The notes beneath the pieces were generated by a model. It searched no databases and was not told where the DNA came from. It was given only the letters and a program-made list of their open reading frames with translations. DNA of 63,958 nt, filler included, from Octopus bimaculoides (lineage: Eukaryota), in NCBI RefSeq assembly GCF_001194135.2. It is 6 parts of 6 records of this genome, joined end to end, with 100 filler letters (N's around TTAATTAATTAA, not from the genome) between each part and the next. Parts side by side here need not be neighbours in the genome. Positions count along the whole stretch, not along the records: positions 24,730 to 52,893 come from NC_069005.1; positions 52,994 to 58,733 come from NC_068983.1; 4 more parts are not named here. One strand, given 5' to 3'. This document shows positions 41,432 to 54,113 of the stretch, in pieces. The translations under genes and the position numbers were made by a program. Numbering within the stretch: the first letter of the stretch is position 1; each line of letters opens with the position of its first letter.

Positions 41432-41596
41432 CTTGCCAACTACAGCCCTCTAACACTCAATTGTAATATCTCTCAGATAATGGAGGAAAACATCAATACT
41501 GATATCCTCCAAGAACTTGAAACTTGCTCTTTCCTCGATGACCATCAGTACACTTTCCAGAAACCCAAATCCATTGATGACTTACTCTCCTCTCTG
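41432..41596 (+). mobile_element. CR1/L2/Jockey-group RT N-terminal fragment
   Basis: ANYSPLTLNCNISQIMEENIN...FLDDHQYTFQKPKSIDDLL is a decayed NYRPI-x-L...Q-Y-G-F-R...ST-x-D-LL segment. Confidence 0.65.
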
Positions 41597-41777
41597 ATTC
41601 CGACCCCACCACCGGAGGGCTTTTGTCTTGGAGAATCATCAGGTTTTCCATTGGACGTCTTAAGACGAGCTGGCAAGGCCAGGAACTAATCTGAGTTCCC
41701 TACTTTGTTTTGGCATGGTTTCTATAGTTGGAGGCCCTTCCTAACACCCACCATTTTATAGAGTTGTTCTGGGTGCC

Positions 41778-41925
41778 GTTTATGTGACACCACCTCCAGT
41801 GCTTTTTATGTGACACCACCTCCAGTGTTTTTTATGTGGGGCTAGCATCAGTGCTTTTTATGTGACCCCAAACCAGTGCTTTTTACATGGGGCCATCAGC
41901 AGTGCTTCTTATGTGGCACCTGCAC
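41778..41925 (+). repeat. Degenerate minisatellite, about 26-28-bp unit CCAGTGCTTTTTATGTGRCACC
   Basis: About five imperfect tandem units. Confidence 0.7.
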
Positions 41926-42153
41926 AAGAAATTGATGAAAATAAACCCTAGGCAGCAGCAAAGCTTTCAGTATTGTCTAACAGTACTGTCATAGGGTCAT
42001 GAACGGCTGTGTGGTAAGTAGCTTGCTTACCAACCACATGGTTCCGGGTTCAGTCCCACTGCGTGGCACCTTGGGCAAGTGTCTTCTACTATAGGCTTGA
42101 GCTGACCAAAGCCTTGTGAGTGGATTTGGTAGACGGAAACTGAAAGAAGCCCG

Positions 42154-42184
<31 letters not shown>

Positions 42185-42817
42185 NNNNNNNNNNNNNNNN
42201 NNNNNNNNNNNNNNNNNNNNNNNNNNNNNNNNNNNNNNNNNNNNNNNNNNNNNNNNNNNNNNNNNNNNNNNNNNNNNNNNNNNNNNNNNNNNNNNNNNNN
42301 NNNNNNNNNNNNNNNNNNNNNNNNNNNNNNNNNNNNNNNNNNNNNNNNNNNNNNNNNNNNNNNNNNNNNNNNNNNNNNNNNNNNNNNNNNNNNNNNNNNN
42401 NNNNNNNNNNNNNNNNNNNNNNNNNNNNNNNNNNNNNNNNNNNNNNNNNNNNNNNNNNNNNNNNNNNNNNNNNNNNNNNNNNNNNNNNNNNNNNNNNNNN
42501 NNNNNNNNNNNNNNNNNNNNNNNNNNNNNNNNNNNNNNNNNNNNNNNNNNNNNNNNNNNNNNNNNNNNNNNNNNNNNNNNNNNNNNNNNNNNNNNNNNNN
42601 NNNNNNNNNNNNNNNNNNNNNNNNNNNNNNNNNNNNNNNNNNNNNNNNNNNNNNNNNNNNNNNNNNNNNNNNNNNNNNNNNNNNNNNNNNNNNNNNNNNN
42701 NNNNNNNNNNNNNNNNNNNNNNNNNNNNNNNNNNNNNNNNNNNNNNNNNNNNNNNNNNNNNNNNNNNNNNNNNNNNNNNNNNNNNNNNNNNACCACCCAC
42801 TCTCCTCCTCCCACCCA

Positions 42818-42915
42818 CCCACTCTCCTCCTCCTTCTGTACATCAATGAATTACTTGCAGCCGCATCTATTAGAACCCATTCTTATGCAGATCACAATGC
42901 AACACTTTGTTCTTT
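42818..42915 (+). mobile_element. CR1/L2/Jockey-group RT fragment around the YADD motif
   Basis: PTLLLLLYINELL...THSYADHNATL is a decayed PxLFLLYINDL...YADD-x-T-L. Confidence 0.6.
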
Positions 42916-43092
42916 CCTCACAGTTTCCCCCCCAAAACTGACTGGCATAAAGTCGATCACAGACATGCTCATAGCCTCTGACCTACAACTTTGCTGTTTT
43001 CTCTTACTGCTATTTCTACTGCTACTATGATGGCATTTGCTCCTCAGAGCTATCTTCCCCCACACCACCCATATATGCATATATATATATAC

Positions 43093-43159
<67 letters not shown>

Positions 43160-43299
43160 CACATATATATACATTCACACATGCATACACACATATACAC
43201 ATTAATGTATAGGTTCATATGTGTGTGTGTGTGTCCTTGTGTGCCTGTCTGTCTATCTAACTGTCTATCTGTCTACCTATCTATCTATCTATCTATCTA

Positions 43300-43361
<62 letters not shown>

Positions 43362-43447
43362 GATAGATAGATAGATACACACACACATAGATAGACACAC
43401 ATGCACTCACACACACACATAGATAGACATATATATATATATAGGCA

Positions 43448-43501
<54 letters not shown>

Positions 43502-44101
43502 CATAAATATATAGACATATATACATATGCAAACATGTATTGCATACATAAACACACATGCACACACACACACACATACAGACACAGTCTTACACACAAT
43601 TATATTCCCTCTCTCTCTTTCTCATATCCACGTCCAGAGCACAAAAGAGCACTGTTCTTGGAGGACATCTGCAGATTCTATTGAACACCCCCCCACCTGT
43701 TCTTTGCATCTAAACAAAATCCGTTTGTTCCTTTACCATTATTTTGTATATCTCTTAGAATTCACTTCGTTAAAATTCCCCCCCACCACGGCCACTTTAT
43801 TTTAAAAACCATTCTTATTTCAAAGTTTGTGTTGAACTCTTACTGCTAGTCCTTTAGTTTTAGATTTCAATTGTCTGGAGTTCTTTCTTGTTTCCAATGC
43901 CAAACTCGGTTTGAAGCATTCATTAAAATAAAGATTTTTGTTTTATTTCTCCAGAAACGTATTTTAACATTTTTGTTCTTCCCTGGTGTTTTTCACTTGT
44001 GTGCATATATATATGTGTGTGTGTGTGTGTGTGTCTATTTACTTCTCTGTCATTCTGTCTATCTAGCTAGCTAGTAAACTATTCACCTTTCCAGTCATCC
44101 C

Positions 44102-44152
<51 letters not shown>

Positions 44153-44267
44153 GTCTGTCTGTCTGTCTGTCTGCCTACCTGCCTGCCTGCCTGCCTGCCT
44201 ATCTGTCTGTCTATCTAATCTATCTATCTATCTATCTATCTATCTAAACTATGTATGTATCTGTCTG

Positions 44268-44340
<73 letters not shown>

Positions 44341-44640
44341 CTATCTATATATATATATATATACATACGTGTATAAGGGATGACCACTAGGTGGACATCC
44401 AATATGCTAGAAAGAGGTCATCAACGACCCAACCACAAAGAAAAATAATGTTCTCCAGAAAGATTTCGCAAAACACCAGAACAGGACAAAATGAGAAATA
44501 TACAGAATAAAGAATTATACAGAATATATATATATTTTGTGTGTTATTTTAAATGGCATATAAACACCTTCCACGCTGCAATTGTTTTCGTTCCAGCACA
44601 CAATCTCAGATCAGGTCACTTGCTATGCAAGTGCATCTCC

Positions 44641-44679
<39 letters not shown>

Positions 44680-44809
44680 CATAAATATGCTAGTGTGGAA
44701 GATGGACGTTAAATGATGATGATGATTAAGATATATGTATATATATATATGATGGATTCTCTTGTTGTGAACAACAAATGAAGGTTCAGTAGAATAAGGC
44801 AGTAATCAT

Positions 44810-45090
44810 ATTCTATGGACACAAAAGTGTCTCTTGAGGCCGGCTGGCACCTTGCAAACCCTTACGCAAAAGGGACAAGTTGAGCACTCAGTTTGCTTGT
44901 GTCCTTGTGGGTCGTTTCCTATTTGTTTTCCTGAGTGAGCAGCAAGGCCTGCTTTGCTTCGTGCCATAAAACCACAATGGTAGGTAAGGTTTCCATTTAG
45001 AGGAGCAGCATTATCCCAGCATGCGTTGATGCTTGCACAAAGGTGGTCCTGATGCTGGAGTCATCGTTGCCCGGATCTTTGTCATTTAGT
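44810..45090 (-). mobile_element. Degenerate RTE-like LINE 3' end with a C2H2-like knuckle
   Basis: Minus frame TCPFCVRVCKVPAGLKRHFCVHRI*, preceded by stop-ridden sequence. Confidence 0.45.
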
Positions 45091-45542
45091 GTTCCTTTTG
45101 CCATGCTTACATGGGCTGGATGATTTGATAGGGACCCAAAAAACCACAGGGTTTGGCCAAGCTTCAGTATCAGCTTTGGTACAGATTCTATGGTTGGATG
45201 CCCTTCTTAATACCAACATAACGGTGCGTATTGAGTTCTTTTTTTTCTCTCCACCAGCTTGAGAAACGTTGCCAAGACATTTTGCAAGGCAGAAGAAGGA
45301 ACAACAAAGAACCCCTCAAAGTTAAGCAAAGGTAGTATTTGAAGCAGGGTGGTGTAGCTATATGTTAGGCATTGAGAGACTAAAGTATTTTAGAGTGACA
45401 GGTACAGATGTCTTGGTGTAGAGGAGATACATGTCTACTCCATATTACATTGGGGTGGATGATAATAGCTTGAAGAATGAAATTTGAGACATAATCAGAA
45501 TATATAATGTAATTAACATCTAAATTAAAGAATGCCTATATA

Positions 45543-45586
<44 letters not shown>

Positions 45587-45641
45587 AATATAATATGTGA
45601 CAATTATTAAATAATAATAATAATGATAATAATAATAATAA

Positions 45642-45852
45642 TCCTTTCTATTAAAGGCACAAGTCCTGAAATGTTTGTGGAGGAGAGGGCCAGTCAATTA
45701 GATCGACCCCAGTATGCAACTGGTACTTAATTTATTGGCCCCGAAAGGATGAAAGGCAAAGTCGACCTCGGTGGAATTTGAGCTCAGACCGTAGCGATGA
45801 GCGAAATACCGCTAAGCATTTTGTCCAGCGTGCTAACGATTCTGCCAGCTCA
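45642..45852 (-). mobile_element. SINE family A copy
   Basis: Same sequence, flanked on both sides by (AAT)n. Confidence 0.8.
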
Positions 45853-45856
45853 TCAC

Positions 45857-45896
<40 letters not shown>

Positions 45897-46556
45897 TATG
45901 GCCTTATTTTATGCATTGCTCAGGTGCATTACAACTCATCAGAATAAGTAACTAAAGCTGCATGAAATGCAACGTAGAATATGCACAGGAAGTGAATAGT
46001 GAAAAAAGTCTTTAAAGGCAAAAAAAAAAAGAACAAGGAAACCAGGGCTTAGTACCAGTAGTATACTAGGTGTCAGTTTAATCTACAGCTTGCTATGTGT
46101 GTCCTCTCTGTAAATTGGTGGCTTTGTGTCATGTTAAGAAATCCATAATCTACATGATGCATCATTCAAAAATGGAGAATTCCTTACTTTTACTTCATTA
46201 ACGAAGAAGCCAATGATGGTTGCATGTGCATGTATGTGTGTGTGTGTGTGTGGGTGTATATATATATATATATATATATGCATATATATGTAGATGTGCA
46301 TTTCTGTGTGTTCACATATATACACGTGCACATTTATGTAGGTATCTGTATATGCGTGTATATATATGTATGTGTTTGTATGCACATGCATGTGAATGAG
46401 GTGTGTGCATATATGTGTGTGTGTGTATATATATGTATATATATCAATAATGCTTCATACTCCATACACATACACACACACACATACTAATATAGTGTAT
46501 CTGTTTCTGTATGCATATGAGTGGATATAAATGTACACTCTTCATGTTGGTATATA

Positions 46557-46618
<62 letters not shown>

Positions 46619-48145
46619 NNNNNNNNNNNNNNNNNNNNNNNNNNNNNNNNNNNNNNNNNNNNNNNNNNNNNNNNNNNNNNNNNNNNNNNNNNNNNNNNNN
46701 NNNNNNNNNNNNNNNNNNNNNNNNNNNNNNNNNNNNNNNNNNNNNNNNNNNNNNNNNNNNNNNNNNNNNNNNNNNNNNNNNNNNNNNNNNNNNNNNNNNN
46801 NNNNNNNNNNNNNNNNNNNNNNNNNNNNNNNNNNNNNNNNNNNNNNNNNNNNNNNNNNNNNNNNNNNNNNNNNNNNNNNNNNNNNNNNNNNNNNNNNNNN
46901 NNNNNNNNNNNNNNNNNNNNNNNNNNNNNNNNNNNNNNNNNNNNNNNNNNNNNNNNNNNNNNNNNNNNNNNNNNNNNNNNNNNNNNNNNNNNNNNNNNNN
47001 NNNNNNNNNNNNNNNNNNNNNNNNNNNNNNNNNNNNNNNNNNNNNNNNNNNNNNNNNNNNNNNNNNNNNNNNNNNNNNNNNNNNNNNNNNNNNNNNNNNN
47101 NNNNNNNNNNNNNNNNNNNNNNNNNNNNNNNNNNNNNNNNNNNNNNNNNNNNNNNNNNNNNNNNNNNNNNNNNNNNNNNNNNNNNNNNNNNNNNNNNNNN
47201 NNNNNNNNNNNNNNNNNNNNNNNNNNNNNNNNNNNNNNNNNNNNNNNNNNNNNNNNNNNNNNNNNNNNNNNNNNNNNNNNNNNNNNNNNNNNNNNNNNNN
47301 NNNNNNNNNNNNNNNNNNNNNNNNNNNNNNNNNNNNNNNNNNNNNNNNNNNNNNNNNNNNNNNNNNNNNNNNNNNNNNNTACATATATATATATATACAT
47401 ACATACATATATATATATATACATACATATATATATATATATATGTACATGCGTGTGTGTATGTATATATCTGTATACACACATGCACTTATAAATGCAC
47501 AGACATATTCACAATATATATATATATATATGTAATATGTAAGTGTGTACGTGTGATATATATTAGTATACATTGTGTGTACACCATATACGTGTATGTA
47601 CCTATGTGAGTGTTGATATATATGTAAACATACATTTGCGAGGCAGTTAAGTGTGTAGATTCATATTGTTATACATAATAGAGCAGAAGGTGAGAAAACA
47701 AGTAAAGCACTAACAACAACAGCAACATCAGCAACAACACAAATCTCTTACACCCACTTACACCTTTGTAATGGTCGGCAGGCCAGAGATGGGGAAACTA
47801 AACATAATGCTGTGCATATACACACAGATATATATATATATATGTGTGTGCGTTTGTGTGCACATCCACGCATATGTACCTTGTATGAGCATTGATTTGT
47901 TGAAAACAAAATGGAAGTTAATGCCCCCTTTCCTAATCTGACGTCTGTGTAATAATGGCAGAAGGCTGTCTCTGGAACTAAAAGATGACCTCCGCCGACC
48001 TTTCTGGCTGATTCTACTTTTGTCCGATGTCAGTTGTAGACGTGCTAGATATGGTGTCAACACATTGATGAGAATAAATTGCAAATAGAGTTTTAAGGAA
48101 GTTTGAAAAGATTGTATGTGTTTCTTTTTCTGTGTACATACGTGG

Positions 48146-48177
<32 letters not shown>

Positions 48178-48453
48178 ATTTGTGCATTTATATGTGCACA
48201 TGTGCACGTGTATGCACATTTATATATATATATATATATATATATGCATGTGTGCATGTGCATTTATATATATATATATATGCATATTTATATAGGTATA
48301 TATATGTAGGTATATATGTAGGTAAATATGTCTGGGTATGTATATATATACATGCAGATGTGCATTTATGTGTGTGCATATATATATGTATATATATATA
48401 TGCATGAACATTTATGTAGGTATATATATATGTATGTGTTTGTGTGGACATGC

Positions 48454-48492
<39 letters not shown>

Positions 48493-49830
48493 CATTTACT
48501 TGTATGCGAATGCAAATATATGTATATACACATGTACGTATGTGTGTATATATATAATATATATATCTTTGTACAGACATATACAAGTATATAATTATAC
48601 ATATATATATATACACACACATATGTACATGTAGATATGTATGTGTATAAATATATATGTATACATGTGTGCATTCAGGTATACATCTATATGCATATGT
48701 ATATTAAATAAAACAGAATCCAGTGAGACAGGTGGTAGTCTGCTTTCGTTTGTTCTCAGGAGTGGCTGTGTGGTAAGTAGCTTCCTTACCAATCACATGC
48801 TCCTGGGTTCAGTCCCACTGCGTGGTACCTTGGGCAAATTTCTTCGACTGTAGCCTCAGGCTGACCAAAGCCTTGTGAGTGGATTTGGTAGATGGAAACT
48901 GAAAGAAGTCCGTTGTATACACACAGAGTGTGTAAGGTAATTGAAGACATACTTTTTTGGGGTCATTGCTGCATTTTTTGCTCACTCTGTACAATCTTTG
49001 TTTTAGAAAATAATAATGGCAGACCCTCAGCTTACTGAAGAAATGAAGAGACATGCTGTTATTCCGGTTATAAAGGCTGAGAATAGCAATTTAGAAATGT
49101 CTTGAGTTTTAAAAGTTGCCTGATCTTTCGTCTGCAAAGTTTGTAAGGAGTTAGAGACTTCTTATCCATACGGTGTCCAACACTTTGTAGTCCCCTGCCC
49201 ACTCTAACCCTTAAACCCAGATCTTTCTTTTCAAAATGTCACCTCTCTACAATTCCTTTCCTTCACATCTCATTCCCTCAGTTGCTGGCAAGCACTATAT
49301 TAAGCTAACTATAAACAACATCGTCATCAGGTGCAGGCGTGGCTCTGTGGAAAGAAGCTTGCTTTCCAACCGCATGGTCGCAAGTTCAGTCCCACTGTGT
49401 GGCACCTTGGACAAGTGTCTTCTACTATTGCCTCGGGCCAGCCAAAGCCTTGGGAGTGAATTCGCTCTTAAATGTCTACTTTGGCAACGTTTGGGAACAG
49501 GTGACAATTGGTGACAGGAAAGGAATCTGGTTATAGAACACCCACCTCAAAAAAAAAAACAAAAAAAAATTCTGTCAGACCCTTGCAAACAGGTAAAACT
49601 GTATGCTAAAATGATGTTGCTGATCCGTATATGTGCCAGGCTGTATTAGAGAATATATCTATAGATTTTTAGATAATACTGTATGCAACAGATAAATATA
49701 AACACCTTGTCTTCATATATAACTGTCTGTTATATACAGCACTGGGTGAAAATCTATAAAATCTATATTATGATACTCTGTCGTATGTAAATAGCATTGA
49801 AACAAAACATGGTTAATGCTCTAACAATAT

Positions 49831-49873
<43 letters not shown>

Positions 49874-49921
49874 CACACACGCATATATATATGTATAATA
49901 TATATATACATACATACATTC

Positions 49922-49953
<32 letters not shown>

Positions 49954-49956
49954 ACG

Positions 49957-50020
<64 letters not shown>

Positions 50021-50668
50021 CATGTGCACTTATATATATATACACACACGCACACATGCATACTTGTATATCGATATATATGTATATGTTCACGCTTATA
50101 TTTGTATGTATACACACACACACGCACAGACACACCTACACTTATATATACATACAAACATACATACACACATACATACATATGCATACATATGTGTGTG
50201 TGTGTGTATGTGTGTATCCACTCTCACTTAAAAACTATGGAAGCCTATCCAGCAAATGACCTTTTCTCATGGAACACACAGGCTGATTGTCATGAGAAGG
50301 CCACTTATGTTTTCCTTGAAGCACCTTAATATGAGATATCAAGTAGAATCTCTCCTCCCTCCCTACCTCCCCTTGACACACTCTCTGTCTGTCTGTCTCT
50401 CTCTCTCCTTGTCTTTCTTTCCTTTGCCAGAAGTTTCCTGTATTAGCACATCTCAAATACCAATTGCTTCGACTGGGAATCTTTCCATACCTCCATCTCA
50501 TTCTCTCTGTCTATCTTCTCTTTCTCCCTCTCTCTCTTTTTCTCAGGCACATACACATTTACATTCACACGCACACACACACACACACCTTGTGTGATGT
50601 CTGTCTGTCTCTCATTCTCTCTCTCTTTTATTATCTCTCTCTCACCTCTTCCTTTCTCTCTTTTTGTC

Positions 50669-50700
<32 letters not shown>

Positions 50701-51162
50701 GTCTCTCGTTTTCACACACACACACTCTCTCTCTCTCTCACTTTTTGTTTATCTCTATCACACTTTCTGTCTACTATCTCTCTCTCTTTCTCTCCTATCT
50801 CTCTATATCTCCTATCTCTCTCTCTCTCTCCTATCTCTCTCTCTCTCTCCTATCTCTCTCTCTCTCTCCTATCTCTCTCTCCTATCTCTCTCTCCTATCT
50901 CTCTCTCCTATCTCTCTCTCCTATCTCCTATCTCTCTCTCTCTCTCTCCTATCGCTCTCTCTCTCTCTCCTATTTCTCTTCCTCTCTCTCATTTTACACA
51001 CACACACACACACATTCTCTCCCTCTCCCTCTAATCTCTCTTCCTCTCTCTCAAACTCAGTCTGTATTCTTACATATGTTCTGTATTCGATATTTCAGCT
51101 ATCTTTTTTTTACTTTACCATCACAATCTTTAATTGCGTTTGTATGATTGTGTGTGTGTGTA

Positions 51163-51240
<78 letters not shown>

Positions 51241-51320
51241 AGTGTGCATGTGTATGTATATAGATATATGTGAATGAGTGTGTGTGAGTATGCATGTATG
51301 TCTGTATATATGTTTGTGCC

Positions 51321-51399
<79 letters not shown>

Positions 51400-51836
51400 C
51401 TCTGTGTGTCTGTGTAACTAAGGTCAGATTTCTTCAGCTGGTCCTCTCCCCATGCCTACCACCATAAATGGACACTTGCACTACTAGAAATAGCAGCCAA
51501 ACTCCCGCAAATTGCACCGTCACATTATCGCCATTGTGTTGATGTTATCATTATCAACATTGTTACCACCACCACCACCATCACCACCACTACCACCACT
51601 ACCATCATCACCACCACCATGGTGTTTATTCTCGTAATCATCCTCACCTCATTTTCAACACCACCACCACACCCCTCATCATCATCATCATCATCATGAC
51701 AACTATTGCTGTTACTACTACCATTGCCATTCTTGTTGTTACTGTCGTCTTTGTCATCATCACCATCATCAACCCAAATTCAGCCATATTGCATATTCCA
51801 GGCAGGTTGCATCAATAATAATAATAATAATAATAG

Positions 51837-52300
51837 TCCTTTCTATAATAGGCACAGGGCCTGAAATTTGGCGGTGGGGGATAGTCAGTTACATCAACCC
51901 CAGTACTTAACTGGTACTTAATTTATCGGCCTCCCCCCTCCCCACAAAAGAAAAAGGATGGAAGGTAAAGTCAACCTTGGCACAGTTTGAACTCAGAACA
52001 TAGAAATTGGCGAAATACCGCTAAGCTTTACGTCTAGTGTGCTAACAATTCTGCCAGCTCCCCGCCTTGATAATAATAGTGATAGTTCTTTCTACTGGAA
52101 GCACAAGGCCTCAAATTTAGAGGAAGGGATCAAGTGGATTACATCAACCCCAGTGTGTCACTGGTACTTATTGAAGTGACCTCAAAAGGATGAAAGGTAA
52201 AGTTGACCTAGGCAGAACTTGAACTCAGAAAGTAGCCGCAGATGAAACACCACTAAGTACCTCGCCCAGTGTGCTAACAATTCTGTGGGGTCACCGTCTA
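51837..52300 (-). mobile_element. Two tandem SINE family A copies (about 51837-52068 and 52087-52300)
   Basis: Two diverged head-to-tail copies separated by a short AAT-rich spacer. Confidence 0.75.
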
Positions 52301-52326
52301 AATAATAATAATAATGATAATAATAG

Positions 52327-52712
52327 AAACTAGAGCACTCAGAGAGCACAAACATCTGTCAAGGCAATACCAACATCCTCTCAATGATTAATGTCCTCTC
52401 AACGATAAGCCAGAGATGATTTTTTAAATGAGAATATCTGAAATAAACTCGACTGTTCTCATAAACGAGAATACTAAAAATGAACCCAACTGCTCTCAAA
52501 AATTAGGTAAAAGAACCAGAAAAATAATTCGGAATCCTTGTTTGGTACCAGGTCAATCCCAAAATCTAATCAGTTTGTGCCAGTCATGAGGCCAAGCATC
52601 CCTGAAAGTTTCATTCGAGTCCAGCTAGTGGTTCTTGAGATATCTTGTCTATAGACAAACAAACAAATACGACTGAAAACAATACCTCTGCCTTTGCTGA
52701 GCTGGAGGTAAT
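52327..52712 (+). mobile_element. Non-autonomous Helentron/HINE-like repeat
   Basis: Non-coding, in an (AAT)n context. Has a subterminal CATCTGTCAAGG motif related to the 3' end, and a 3' stem-loop ACCTCTGC..GCTGGAGGT followed by AATAAT. Classification is an inference. Confidence 0.4.
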
Positions 52713-52722
52713 AATAATAATC

Positions 52723-52787
52723 TGTATGAACACTGCAAGTGTTTCTAGGGTTCTGGGTTTGCAAGCTCCTCATCAGGGGCCCATACA
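52723..52787 (-). ncRNA. Degenerate hammerhead-like motif
   Basis: Minus strand: TGTATG ggccc CTGATGA ... GAAAC ACT TGC AGT GTT CATACA. Core boxes and stem III are present, but stem I is offset by 5 nt and stem II is imperfect. Confidence 0.3.
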
Positions 52788-52993
52788 TATCCTTTTTCAC
52801 TTGTATTTTAGTTATGTATGTATGTGTGTATATAGGTATGTAATGTAGGCATTTATCTATGTAGGTGAAAGTGTTTGGTTGTATGTACTTATGNNNNNNN
52901 NNNNNNNNNNNNNNNNNNNNNNNNNNNNNNNNNNNNNTTAATTAATTAANNNNNNNNNNNNNNNNNNNNNNNNNNNNNNNNNNNNNNNNNNNN

Positions 52994-53376
52994 TGCTTTT
53001 AGCCCCAGGAGGACATCTCCTCCAGCTGGCTTATCGACACACTACTGTGTCCTGTTTGCCAAGGGAAGTTATCCCTCTCATCATGATCTGTAACACGAAC
53101 GGACCCGGGTTTCAGGGTTAATTCCCTTCGTCAACGTCCGATAGCCACTGATCTTTGATGAGAGAGATAAATTCTTGGCAATCTTATGTATACTTTTCCA
53201 GTGAAATTCTTCACTGATATCGAAAAGGTGAAAACAAGCAATGTTAATTCTCTAAATGAAGTATTAACAGTAACTGCACGATAAAGTGAAGTATATTGCC
53301 ACTTAAGTGTAGCTGACCCCTAGGGGTGGATGTTACTGTTGCTTTTAGCCCCAGGAGGACATCTCCTCCAGCTGGC
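52994..53376 (-). repeat. Direct repeat of 37 bp (52994-53030 and 53340-53376) defining a 346-nt unit that contains a hammerhead motif
   Basis: TGCTTTTAGCCCCAGGAGGACATCTCCTCCAGCTGGC occurs twice, identical, 346 nt apart. The first copy is cut by the scaffold gap. Confidence 0.8.
53096..53140 (-). ncRNA. Minimal type-I hammerhead ribozyme motif, C3-to-U variant
   Basis: Minus strand reads CGGACG TTGACGA AGGG AATTAA CCCT GAAA CCCGGG TC CGTTCG. Stem I is 6 bp with one G-U, stem II is 4 bp, stem III is the palindrome ACCCGGGT, triplet GUC. The core is UUGACGA instead of CUGANGA. Confidence 0.65.
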
Positions 53377-53886
53377 ATAACAGTTACTGGGGATTTTAGT
53401 AAGAAAAGATGAGGTTCAAATCTTAGTATAAAACCCATAGAATATAATGGTAATAGCAAATAATGATAATATATTGAAATATTATTGAATATATCAGTGA
53501 TGGAGGCTGAAAAGATTCCTAGGAGCAATGATTTCTGGATAAAATTCTCTTAGCCCAATAATGAGACACAGTATTAATGTAAAATAAAATAATAGCAACG
53601 ATAGCCTCCCAGGGGTAACATAAGTAATCTACCTATCGGGGATAATCAATAGTCATTAATAAATAAATTAATAAATTAATAAATAAATAAATTAAAAAAT
53701 AAATTAATCTAGTAGACATTCACAGGAGAGCGATAACAATAGGAAAGATTAAGGAGTTACCTCCCTTGTATATCATAATAAAAACACAACCAAGACAGCA
53801 TGGCGGAAGAACGGTATAGTTAAATAATTTTTAATAATCTGTTCTGATAGATAATTGTGGTTTTTGGTCATTTGTTCTAATGGAAG

Positions 53887-53972
53887 CCATTCCTGAGGAA
53901 GTGCCAAACATCAGACATCCAACGGATCAGTCGCTGGATAGAGTTGAGCACTGAAATGTTGACATCGAATGG
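53887..53972 (+). ncRNA. Type-I hammerhead ribozyme motif with a complete catalytic core
   Basis: CCATTC CTGAGGA AGTGC [43 nt] GCACT GAAA TGTTGACA TC GAATGG. Stem I CCATTC/GAATGG, core CUGAGGA, stem II AGTGC/GCACT, GAAA, short near-palindromic stem III ATGT-TG-ACAT, AUC cleavage triplet (predicted cut after 53966). Confidence 0.75.
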
Positions 53973-54052
53973 TAAATAATTAAATAAATGGAATAAAAAT
54001 CGATCGTGTTGGAAGTCTCTATCGTTTATATATATATATATANNNNNNNNNN

Positions 54053-54113
<61 letters not shown>

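Noticed and set aside
41778-41925. CRISPR-like array
   Set aside because: These are contiguous degenerate tandem units without unique spacers, in a eukaryotic retroposon tail. No cas genes are present.
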